A stretch of 64,000 bases of DNA from Candidatus Latescibacterota bacterium (GTDB lineage Bacteria; Latescibacterota; UBA2968; UBA8231): assembly GCA_965205655.1 (NCBI GenBank), contig CBDBIJ010000091.1, positions 23,593-87,592 on the forward strand. Reading direction: 5' to 3'. This document shows, one piece after another, positions 37,414 to 46,855 of this stretch. A program made the translations under genes and the position numbers. Position 1 is the stretch's first letter, and every line of letters starts with the position of its first letter. The notes under the pieces were generated by a model. It did no database searches, was not told the DNA's origin, and worked only from the letters and a program-made list of their open reading frames with translations.

Positions 37414-39648
37414 GTGCAGGTTCGCCGTGTCGCTCTCGTGGCCATCTCAATCGCGACATTCGAGCCGGGGACCGCACAAGCTCAGGCGGACTGGGCCACT
37501 TTCACGAGCATGCGGGAGATCAACGGCGTCCAGGCCACTCCAACCTCAATCTGGGCCGCCACGTCCGGCGGCGTGCTGCGCTATAACAGTCGCTCCCGGC
37601 GCTATGACAGGTTCACAACCCTCGACGGGCTCGCCGGAAATGAGGTCCTCAGCGTGGCGCACGACGACCGAGGGGATCTGTGGTTCGGAACAAGGGGCGC
37701 CGGCCTCTGCCGGTTCCGGATCGACTCGGAGACGTTCGACGCGCCGTTTCTCGAATTCAGGGGGCTCAGCATCAACGCGTTACTCGTCATGGGGAACCAG
37801 CTCCTAGTGGGAACCGATGAGGGCGTGAGCGTCTTCGACATCGACCGGGAGGAGGTCAGGGAGACCTACAGCCGGTTCGGGACCCTTCTCGACAAGAACA
37901 CGCCAGTAACAGCCCTGACCATCAGCGAGGGGGTTCTGTGCGTCGCCACCGGCCTCGGCATCGCCTGGGCAGACCTGGCGCAGCCCAACCTGAAGGATCC
38001 CAACAGCTGGGATAGCGCTACGTTTACCGGGGAGGTGAGTGACGTCTTAGCTGTGAACGGTAGAGTATACTTGGCCGCCGAGCGCGGCATCTTCTCCTTC
38101 GCCCCCACGATCGGAACGGTACGCGACGAGAATCGCGATATACGGCCGACGAGTCTTTCAGCACTGGAAGGACGACCCGTCGCCGCGGCTGCTGAGGGCT
38201 ACCTTCTCCGTCGGGAAGAAGACGGCCAATGGGCGCGGTTACCGGGCGGCAGCATCGCCGATGTGAGAGGCATGTCGAGCAGTGGCGCGTCCCTGTGGCT
38301 CGGCACCGGCTCCGGCTTGAGAGTGATCGGGGAGAGGGCGCCGTCACGGTCGCGGGAGCCGGCGGCCAACAGGTTCTTCGACATGGAAGTTCTCGACACC
38401 GGTGAACTGTGGGTCGCCACCGTGCCCAACGACCACTTCGATTCGTTCGGTCTCTACCAGCTTGCCCCGGCCGGATGGACTGTCTGGGACAGAGCAGCCG
38501 GCATGCCGACCGATGACATTGTCAGCCTCGCCACCGACGCTCGCGGTCGGCTGTGGGCGGGCACCTGGGGAGCGGGAGTCTCCATCCGCAGTGCAACCGG
38601 GGCCCTGTTCCGGCTCCACCATCAGAATTCGGACCTCCAGGGTCTCGGCTCCGGAGGTGATTTCGTCGTCATCAGCGATATCGCGCGCGACACTGCCGGC
38701 AACATGTGGCTTGTGAACGTGAAGTTTGGAATCGTCGTCATCGACGGCTTTCCGGTCAGGCGGAGCCACGTATTCGACCAGGTCGCCCTCGGCTTTCCCC
38801 CCGGAGAAGACTTGAACAAGATCACAGTCGGGCCGGATGGGCTGAAGTGGCTCACCAGCCCGACTCACGGCTTCGGGATCCTCGATGACGGTGGCACCCC
38901 GTTCGACGGCACCGACGACCAGGCTCTGTTCATCGACGTGATTGAAGAAGACCGACTGTCCAGCAACAGGGTGTCCGATATCGAAATCACGCCTGATGGA
39001 ACGCTCTGGGTCGCCACGGACAACGGCATCAATCGCGTCCGCGGCAGCTATTCCCGAGCATCGAATTCATACGTCGTCGAGCAGTGGACGGTGCTGTCCG
39101 ATAGAGACGGCCTGCCAGCCAGTCAGATCAACGATCTCGAACTGGATGCCTGCGGCAACCTCTGGGTGGCAACCGAAGGCGGGCTGACCCATATATCGCC
39201 GGGCGGTGAGATCGCCCTTCCCCTGACCAGCAGGAACAGCCCTCTGATCAACAATCGAGTGAACTCCCTCTTGTTTGACGCCTCACGCGGACAGCTGTGG
39301 ATCGGCACCTTCGACGGGCTCAGCCGCACCCGTCTTCCGGACTGCGATCGGGAAGTGAGTGGCGACAGCGGGGAGGGCGGTCTGCAAATCTATCCCAATC
39401 CATTCACTCTCTCTGACGGCGAGAGCTCGCTGATTCTCGACGGTATCGCCGCCGGCATGACGGTGCAGATTTTTACCATCTCCGGCGAACTCGTCCGGCG
39501 ACTCGAGGGCACTTCGGGTCAACGAATGCTGACCTGGGATGGTCGAAACGACTCCGGCTTCCCGGTCAGCTCCGGCATCTACGTGCTTGTCGCCGATGAC
39601 GGAGCAGGCAAGCGCATCCGCGGCAGGTTCGCAGTAGTGCGCCCGTGA
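37414..39648 (+). CDS. PorZ-like double beta-propeller (two-component regulator propeller repeats) protein with Ig-like C-terminal domain
   Basis: Signal peptide (AQA|DW); DGL..N.V.S...D..G.LW.GT..GL repeats; IYPNPF...IFTISGELVR...WDGRN..G..VSSGIY. Start uncertain (37369 or 37414). Confidence 0.72.
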   Translation: MQVRRVALVAISIATFEPGTAQAQADWATFTSMREINGVQATPTSIWAATSGGVLRYNSRSRRYDRFTTLDGLAGNEVLSVAHDDRGDLWFGTRGAGLCRFRIDSETFDAPFLEFRGLSINALLVMGNQLLVGTDEGVSVFDIDREEVRETYSRFGTLLDKNTPVTALTISEGVLCVATGLGIAWADLAQPNLKDPNSWDSATFTGEVSDVLAVNGRVYLAAERGIFSFAPTIGTVRDENRDIRPTSLSALEGRPVAAAAEGYLLRREEDGQWARLPGGSIADVRGMSSSGASLWLGTGSGLRVIGERAPSRSREPAANRFFDMEVLDTGELWVATVPNDHFDSFGLYQLAPAGWTVWDRAAGMPTDDIVSLATDARGRLWAGTWGAGVSIRSATGALFRLHHQNSDLQGLGSGGDFVVISDIARDTAGNMWLVNVKFGIVVIDGFPVRRSHVFDQVALGFPPGEDLNKITVGPDGLKWLTSPTHGFGILDDGGTPFDGTDDQALFIDVIEEDRLSSNRVSDIEITPDGTLWVATDNGINRVRGSYSRASNSYVVEQWTVLSDRDGLPASQINDLELDACGNLWVATEGGLTHISPGGEIALPLTSRNSPLINNRVNSLLFDASRGQLWIGTFDGLSRTRLPDCDREVSGDSGEGGLQIYPNPFTLSDGESSLILDGIAAGMTVQIFTISGELVRRLEGTSGQRMLTWDGRNDSGFPVSSGIYVLVADDGAGKRIRGRFAVVRP

Positions 39649-39706
39649 TCGTTGCGAGCGCACAGCAGGTTGACCGTTAGCCAAAATCTGGCGGTATTCT
39701 GCTGGC

Positions 39707-42363
39707 ATGCGACAAGATGTGGAAACCATCGAGACGCGGGAGTGGCTCGACTCCCTCGACTACGTGTTGAGCCACGGCGGACCGGAGCGAGTGCGCCAGC
39801 TCCTGGACCGGCTGCAGAGCTACGCTCGCGAGCAGGGCGTGGCGATCCCTTCCGCCTCGAATACGCCCTACGTCAACACCATCCCTCCCGACAGGCAGCC
39901 ACCCTACCCGGGTAGTCACGGGCTGGAGCGCCGAATCCGCAATATTCTGCGCTGGAACGCCACCATCCTGGTGGTGCGGGCCAACCTGGAGGACCCCAGC
40001 ATCGGCGGTCACATCGCCACATACGCATCGGTGGCCACCCTCTACGAGGTCGGCTTCAATCACTTCTTCCGCGGAAAAAGTGACGACTTCGAGGGGGACC
40101 AGATCCTTTTCCAGGCCCACACTTCGCCGGGCATCTACGCGCGGGCCTACCTTGAGGGTCGGCTCAGCGAGGAGCAGCTGATCAACTTCCGGCGCGAACT
40201 GCGGAAGGGAGGCGGCCTGCCTAGCTATCCCCACCCGAGATTGATGCCGGAGTTCTGGCAGTTCCCCACCGCCTCCATGGGCCTGTGCCCGATCACGGCG
40301 ATCTACCACGCGCGCTACAACCGTTACCTGGAAGACCGGGGCCTGAAGCAGCCATCTGACGCCAAGGTCTGGGCCTTCATCGGCGACGGGGAGACGGACG
40401 AACCCGAATCGCTGGGGGCCATCTCGCTGGCTGCCCGGGAGCGGCTCGACAATCTCATCTTCGTCGTCAACTGCAACTTGCAGCGGCTGGACGGTCCCGT
40501 ACGGGGGAACGCCAAGATCATCCAGGAGCTGGAAACCGTCTTCCGCGGCGCCGGCTGGAACGTGATCAAGGTGATCTGGGGCAGCGACTGGGACCCACTG
40601 CTGGCCCAGGACGACGAGGGCTTGCTGGCGAAGCGCATGGGCGAGCTGGTGGATGGGCAGTATCAGAAATACAGCGTATCGGACGGCAAGTACCAGCGGG
40701 AGCACTTCTTCGGCGTGGATCCGCGGCTGATGGAGATGTCGAGGCAGTTGTCCGACGAGCATATCCGCACGATTCGCCGCGGCGGGCACGACCCGGAGAA
40801 GGTGTACGCGGCTTACAAGGCGGCAGTGGAGCACGAGGGGGCGCCGTCGGTGATCCTTGCCAAGACGATCAAGGGTTACGGAATGGGCAGAGCGGGAGAA
40901 GGCACCATGTCGACCCATCAGCTGAAGAAACTCGATGTCGACGTCCTGCGGGAGATCCGCACACGCTTCGGGATCCCCATATCGGATGCGGAGGTGGAGA
41001 ATCTGCCCTTCTACCGGCCTCCGGACGACAGTCCCGAGATCGAGTACCTGCGCGAGCGCAGAGAGTCGCTCGGCGGTTTCGTGCCGCGGCGGACAGTGCC
41101 GAAGGCGACGGTGTCGGCGCCGCAGTCAGCTCTCTACGAGGAGTTCTACCGGGGAACGGATCGCGAGGTGACCACGACGATGGTTTTCGTCCGCATCCTG
41201 TCGCGGCTCATGCGGGACGAGAGCATTGGCAAGCTGATCGTGCCCATGGTGCCCGACGAGGCCCGTACTTTCGGGTTGGAGGCGTTGTTCAGGCAGTACG
41301 GCATCTACTCCCGCATCGGCCAGCTCTACGACCCGGTGGACAGCGAGACTCTGACCTACTACAGGGAAGCCCGGGACGGACAGCTGATCGAGGAAGGAAT
41401 CACCGAGGCGGGAGCGCTGTGCTCGTTCACGGCGGCGGGCACCGCCTACGCGACACATGGCATTCCGACGCTGCCGTTCTTCGTGTTCTACTCCATCTTC
41501 GGTTTCCAGCGAGTGGCGGACCTGGTGTACGCGGCAGGCGATACCCAGGCGCGGGGATTCCTGATCGGCGCCACGTCGGGGCGCACGACCCTCAACGGCG
41601 AGGGACTGCAGCACCAGGACGGTCACAGCCACCTGACGGCCTACACCTTCCCCCACGTACGCGCCTACGATCCCGCCTACGGGTACGAACTGGCAGTCAT
41701 CATCCGCGAGGGGATCCGGCAGATGTATGAGGAGGGGCAGGACGTCATCTACTACCTGACCGCGTGCTCAACGAGAGCTACCAGATGCCGGCGATGCCCG
41801 ATGGCGCCGAGGACGCCATTTTGAAGGGGATGTACCGGCTGCGTCGTGCAGGGAAGGGCCGCAGGAAAGTGAGAGCTCACCTGTTCGGGAGCGGCGCGAT
41901 CCTGAACGAGGCAGTGCGCGCCCAGGAGATCCTGGAGGGGGACTACGACGTGCCGGCCGACGTGTGGAGCATCACCAGTTTTCGCGAGCTCCATCAGGAC
42001 GGCTGCGACGCCGATCGCTGGAATGCGCAGCACCCGGAGGCCGAGCCGCAAGTGCCGCACCTGGCCGCGTGCCTGCGCGGTGCAGAGGGCACCTTCGTGG
42101 TGGCGTCGGATTATCTGAAGGCGTTGCCAAACTCTATCGCCAGGTGGTTCCCGCGGCCGCCAGTGGCGCTGGGCACCGACGGGTTCGGGCGCAGCGACAG
42201 CAGGGAGGCGCTCAGGCGGTTCTTCGAGGTGGATCGGCGGACGATCGCGTACGCGGCGCTGGGCGATCTGCACCGGCAGGGGTTGCTGCCGGCGAAGGTG
42301 GTGGAGCGGGCGCGGAAGGAACTGGATGTAAGGGCCGAGAAGGCGAACCCGGTGTACTCGTAA
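39707..42363 (+). pseudogene. aceE: Pyruvate dehydrogenase E1, homodimeric type; frameshifted at about 41762 (possibly a sequencing error)
   Basis: ETREWLDSL, YVNTIP, GGHIATYAS, FPTASMGL, GDGETDEPES, CNLQRLDGPVRGN, RTTLNGEGLQHQDGHSH; LGTDGFGRSD in the second frame. Removing 2 nt gives YYLTVLNESY and an 884-aa protein. Confidence 0.93.
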
Positions 42364-42372
42364 GGAGTCCCT

Positions 42373-43518
42373 ATGCAATCCTCCAGCGACGTGGCGCGGA
42401 TGAAAGTTCCCATCCACGATCTCAAGATCCAGCACGCCACGCTGAAGACGGAGATGGATGCGGCACTCTCGAAGGTCATCGACGACTGCGCATTCATCCT
42501 GGGTCCGCCGGTCCAGGAGTTCGAAACTGCTTTCGCCAACTACGTCGGTGCCAAGCACTGCGTCGGAGTGAGCAACGGGACCGACGCACTCAAACTGGCG
42601 CTGCGGGCAGCTGATGTGGGCGAAGGCGACGAGGTCATCACGGCCCCCCATACATTCGGCGCGACCACCGAGGCCATCTGCGAACTGGGAGCGCGGCCTG
42701 TGTTCGTCGATATCGAGGAGCGCTCCTTCACTCTGGACGGATCGCAGCTTGAGAGCAAAATCACAGAGAGAGCTAAGGCGATCATCCCCGTCCATATCTA
42801 TGGCCACCCGGCAGACATGGACGTTGTTTCGGAGATTGCTGCAAAGCACGATCTGGTCGTCATCGAGGACTCGGCCCAAGCGCACGGGGCCCGTTACAAG
42901 GGACGCATGGCCGGGTCTTTCGGTGCTCTCGCCTGTTTCAGCTTCTACCCGGGGAAAAACCTGGGGGCCTTCGGGGACGCGGGGGGCGTAGTGACAAGCG
43001 ACGATGGATTGGCGGAGCGCGTGCGCCGTCTGCGCAATCACGGTCAGGCCCCGGGAGGCAAATTCTCGTACCTGGAGTTGGGATATAACCACCGTATGGA
43101 CGGGATTCAGGGTGCGGTGCTCGGGGTAAAGCTACCATACCTGGAAACCTGGAACGAGAAACGGCGCGAGATTGCAGCGCGGTACGTCATCGGACTCGGG
43201 GAAATCGAAGCTTTGACACTTCCATCCGAGGCGCCCGGTGTTCATCACGTCTATCACCTCTACGTAATCCGGGCACCAGACCGAGACCGGCTTGCCGCCA
43301 GTCTGGAGGCAGAGGGAATCAAAACGTCCGTGTATTTTCCGCGTCCGCTACACCTGACCGAGGCGTACCGATTCCTGGGTTACGCGGAGGGGGCCCTGCC
43401 CGTCAGCGAGCAAGCCTGCCGGGAGGTGATTTCGCTGCCGATGTTTCCGGAGATGGAAGATGATCAGGTGGACTACGTCGTCTCGCGGATCAGGCGGCAC
43501 TACCAGATGGATGAGTAG
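42373..43518 (+). CDS. DegT/DnrJ/EryC1/StrS family PLP aminotransferase
   Basis: SNGTDAL; IIPVHIYG; IEDSAQAHGA; SFYPGKNLGAFGDAG; SD AGGAG. Confidence 0.95.
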   Translation: MQSSSDVARMKVPIHDLKIQHATLKTEMDAALSKVIDDCAFILGPPVQEFETAFANYVGAKHCVGVSNGTDALKLALRAADVGEGDEVITAPHTFGATTEAICELGARPVFVDIEERSFTLDGSQLESKITERAKAIIPVHIYGHPADMDVVSEIAAKHDLVVIEDSAQAHGARYKGRMAGSFGALACFSFYPGKNLGAFGDAGGVVTSDDGLAERVRRLRNHGQAPGGKFSYLELGYNHRMDGIQGAVLGVKLPYLETWNEKRREIAARYVIGLGEIEALTLPSEAPGVHHVYHLYVIRAPDRDRLAASLEAEGIKTSVYFPRPLHLTEAYRFLGYAEGALPVSEQACREVISLPMFPEMEDDQVDYVVSRIRRHYQMDE

Positions 43519-43556
43519 AGAAATCCGCGGAAGCCCGCTGCGAAAAACAGCAGCTG

Positions 43557-44744
43557 CTATTCCGGAAGTCGCTTCAGGAAGTCGTGGATGGCGGCTGCAG
43601 CAACAGCGTGCCCGGCGGCATTCCAGTGACTGTCTCGGTAGTAGAGAGCAGGCCCGCTAAGGCTCTCAACGAAGTCCTCGTGGAGGTCGAGAAAGGGCAG
43701 GCCGAGATCGGCGGAGATACGGCGAAGTCGGCGATTGGGCTTAAGCAAATCGAACTCTCCAACCAGACCGTGCAGCTCACGTTTCATGCGCCAGTTTTGC
43801 TCCTCGACTTGCACGATTGAGGGTACGTACACCAGGATCATCTCGGCGCCGGCGTCCCGCACTCTGTCTTGAAACTCCTGTATGATCCGTGCCGTGAGCC
43901 GCCACACTTTTTCGAACCGGGGCGACGAACCGGTGCCGTAGAGGCCCTCGTAGAAATCGCGTTGCTGCCGCATGGGCACCGGCTTCGTCAACGCTTTGTG
44001 CTTCAGATGGTAGACGTGCCAATGCTCGTAGAGATGGCGACCCAGGCGCTCCGACCACACACGTTCCCGTGATCTTTCCCCCTCGTCATCCCAGTGCCGG
44101 TTCCTCTTCACCGGCACACCACGCAGGCGAAGATGACCGTCCTGTGCGAGACGGAAGAACGGTTTGTAGCCGCGTTCCATCCCGATGCCCATCTTGGTCG
44201 TGTTGTTCCACAGGTCATTGCCATAGAACAGGACGATCACCAGATCGGGTCGATAAGAACGCCCGGAACGATCGAACAACAGCATCTCCTGGTCTGTTCC
44301 GAATCCAGCCATTCCGAAGTTGAGCACCTGGACGGCGCCACCGCCGTTCGATTCTCCCGTCGGTTCGGTTTGGAGCAAACTCTCCAACACCTTGCTCACG
44401 GACTCGTTCAGCGACACCCCCCATCCCTCCACGAAGGAGTCGCCGAACATGAGGATCCTCCGTGTGTCCGCACGCCTCTGGAGCGCGTACTCCCGATCTC
44501 GCAGCCCGTTGCTGTTGATGGACACTTCTACATCGAACTCAGGCGTGATCATGCGGCCGGAGGCCAAAGGGATATGGTCCCATCCCAGTTCCGGGTCGAA
44601 CTGCCACAACTTGGCTCGACGCGAGAGCTGCGGACTGGCCTGGCTCACAACCAGCTCCCCCAGCAGCACCGCTGTCGCCAGGCCGGCCACGGCGAGCGCG
44701 ACCCTGCCGCCCCAACCGCCAAGCCTTGCCTTGGAATCCGTCAC
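43557..44744 (-). CDS. Membrane-anchored SGNH/GDSL hydrolase (AlgX/AlgJ-like)
   Basis: N-terminal TM; NSNGLRD; GDSFVEG; NFG..GFGTDQ; GND; DSHWN. Confidence 0.85.
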   Translation of the reverse strand: MTDSKARLGGWGGRVALAVAGLATAVLLGELVVSQASPQLSRRAKLWQFDPELGWDHIPLASGRMITPEFDVEVSINSNGLRDREYALQRRADTRRILMFGDSFVEGWGVSLNESVSKVLESLLQTEPTGESNGGGAVQVLNFGMAGFGTDQEMLLFDRSGRSYRPDLVIVLFYGNDLWNNTTKMGIGMERGYKPFFRLAQDGHLRLRGVPVKRNRHWDDEGERSRERVWSERLGRHLYEHWHVYHLKHKALTKPVPMRQQRDFYEGLYGTGSSPRFEKVWRLTARIIQEFQDRVRDAGAEMILVYVPSIVQVEEQNWRMKRELHGLVGEFDLLKPNRRLRRISADLGLPFLDLHEDFVESLSGPALYYRDSHWNAAGHAVAAAAIHDFLKRLPE

Positions 44745-44920
44745 AATCGCTCCCTTCAAAGTGCTACGTATCGCGTTCGACGACTTGCACCCAACAGATG
44801 ATTCTGACTACTGTCAAACGGAATCTGCCAATTCTCGTGCCGTGGGGTGAATTCGATCATCAATCCGTGACATATGGCCAGCAAGAAACTCCTGTGTCTA
44901 TCGCTTCTCAAAATACGCCT

Positions 44921-45679
44921 ATGACCTTGTCCGGGGACGAGCTCGAGACCTACCACAACAACGGTTTCGTGGTGGTCGAAAATCTGCTGTCGGGGGACGA
45001 AGTCGAGAGGCTGCGCCGGCGCGGCTACACCCACGGAAAGCGACCAGCTGGTGAGCTGCGCATCCAAGTGGAGCCCCGGGTGCAGCGCGGCGAGCTCGAG
45101 GTGGCCGAACCCGGCGACGGCATCCGCAAGGTCGAGGGACTGGTGGAGGGGGACGATTTGTTCCGCGGCCTCGGCCTTCACGCCAACATCGTCGGCATCG
45201 TAGAGCAGATCCTCGGACCCGATCTCAAGATGTTCAGGAACTCGCTGCTGCTCAAACCGCCCGAGGTCGGTTCGCAGAAGGGCATGCATCAAGATTCCCC
45301 GTATTGGCCGATCGAGCCGATGGACCTGTGCTCCTGCTGGTTCGCCCTGGACGACGCCACCGAGGAGAACGGCTGCCTGGGTGTGATCCCGAGGTGGCAC
45401 CGGAAGGGACCCCTACCGCACGTCAAAGTAACCGACGACTACGTTGTCGAAGGCGGACACTTCGATTTTGCCGACATGGTCATGGCGCCGGTGCGGGCCG
45501 GCGGTGGGGTGTTCTTTCACTCGTTACTGCCCCACTACACCGCTGCCAATCGCTCCGCCAACTGGCGTCGCGCTATCGTCCTTTCGTACATGTCGGCGAA
45601 GTCCAGCTACACCCACGACGGGGAAGGCCCGCGGTATTTCCCGGTGAAGGGGCAAACCTATTCAGGTGCCGTGCTGTGA
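44921..45679 (+). CDS. Phytanoyl-CoA dioxygenase (PhyH) family Fe(II)/2OG oxygenase
   Basis: NGFVVVENLLS; KPP; HQDSPYW; WFALDDAT.ENGCL; FFHSLLPH...N.S..RR. Confidence 0.92.
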   Translation: MTLSGDELETYHNNGFVVVENLLSGDEVERLRRRGYTHGKRPAGELRIQVEPRVQRGELEVAEPGDGIRKVEGLVEGDDLFRGLGLHANIVGIVEQILGPDLKMFRNSLLLKPPEVGSQKGMHQDSPYWPIEPMDLCSCWFALDDATEENGCLGVIPRWHRKGPLPHVKVTDDYVVEGGHFDFADMVMAPVRAGGGVFFHSLLPHYTAANRSANWRRAIVLSYMSAKSSYTHDGEGPRYFPVKGQTYSGAVL

Positions 45680-45704
45680 AGCTAACCCAGGCTGGGAGGA
45701 TCGG

Positions 45705-46817
45705 ATGAAGACGCGGGTCGCGTGGACGCGGGTCTCGTGGGCGCGGATCGCGCTCTGCCTGGTTTCAGTATCACTTTCAGGTGTGGCATGTACAGGCAAG
45801 CAGACCGAGCCGGCTGAGATTTCAGAGAAGACGATCATGTCAGGCGTGTTCACAGTCGACAAGACATACAAATCAATGCTTGGACCCACGATGTCGGGCT
45901 GGGCAGTCCCTTTTTCGAACGAGGCGGAGTTAGTCTGGATCACGGGTTTTCAGTCTATCGTGGTGAGCCCGGACGGCAAGGGGCTGTCCCAGGAATTCAT
46001 GTGTCATTCCAATTTCAAGTATGACCCATCGTCCAATCAGTTGACAGCAATCAAATCCACCAGACACAAGTACGGCAGGTTGTTTACCATATCTCAGGGC
46101 CAGGTAGAGGTAGAGTTTCCGGCTGGTTTCGGCATTCCGGTCATGGGGAATGAGAAATTCCGTCTGGACAATCAGGTGTTGAACATGAACGTGGATACCG
46201 TCAGTAGCCAGAATCCGCTAAAACTGCGTTACAAAAATGTGGTGTCCCACATAAAGGATAGCGATACGACTGAGAAGATGACGCCTCTCTACCAGTCCGA
46301 AGCAGCCGTCTACGCCTCACTCAACGGGACGGAATCCTACTTCGGTACGCTGGAGCCGAGCGCCGTGCAGGAGGACGCTGCCTGTCTGCCCGGGATGGAC
46401 TCATCGGGACAGATGAAGATGTCGCGCCGAGACGAGCACGGCCAGAATTTTACCTATCACTGGGTGCTCAAGCCAGGCAAGGAAACGAGGAGCACCCTGA
46501 TCACCGGAATGCTCGATCTTCCGTTCGACACAACCATTCACTTCATAGCGGTACACATGCATCCTTTTGCAGAGTCTTTGACTTTGAAAGATCTGACGGA
46601 GGACGAGGTACTCTTCGAGAGCACGATCGAAAGCTTCGAGGACAAGATAGGCCTGAAGAGGACCGAATTTTTCTCTAGTACAGCCGGGATCCCGGTATTC
46701 GAAGATCACGAATACGCGCTCGTCAGTAGTTACAACAACACGACCGAACAGGATCAAGATGCAATGGCGCTGATCTACCTGTACCTGCGCGACAGGGAAT
46801 TCGAAGGAAATCTGTAA
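45705..46817 (+). CDS. Lipoprotein with PHM/PNGase F-like domain (copper monooxygenase-like); low GC
   Basis: SD GGAGG; lipobox GVAC; FPAGFGIP; VHMHPF; YNNT...DAM. Confidence 0.6.
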   Translation: MKTRVAWTRVSWARIALCLVSVSLSGVACTGKQTEPAEISEKTIMSGVFTVDKTYKSMLGPTMSGWAVPFSNEAELVWITGFQSIVVSPDGKGLSQEFMCHSNFKYDPSSNQLTAIKSTRHKYGRLFTISQGQVEVEFPAGFGIPVMGNEKFRLDNQVLNMNVDTVSSQNPLKLRYKNVVSHIKDSDTTEKMTPLYQSEAAVYASLNGTESYFGTLEPSAVQEDAACLPGMDSSGQMKMSRRDEHGQNFTYHWVLKPGKETRSTLITGMLDLPFDTTIHFIAVHMHPFAESLTLKDLTEDEVLFESTIESFEDKIGLKRTEFFSSTAGIPVFEDHEYALVSSYNNTTEQDQDAMALIYLYLRDREFEGNL

Positions 46818-46855
46818 GCGGATGCAGAGTTGGTAGGTCGTTTCAAACGGAGAAC

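Noticed and set aside
42373..44744. Polysaccharide biosynthesis locus (DegT plus SGNH)
   Set aside because: The two genes are convergent, with no glycosyltransferase, flippase, polymerase or MBOAT gene nearby.
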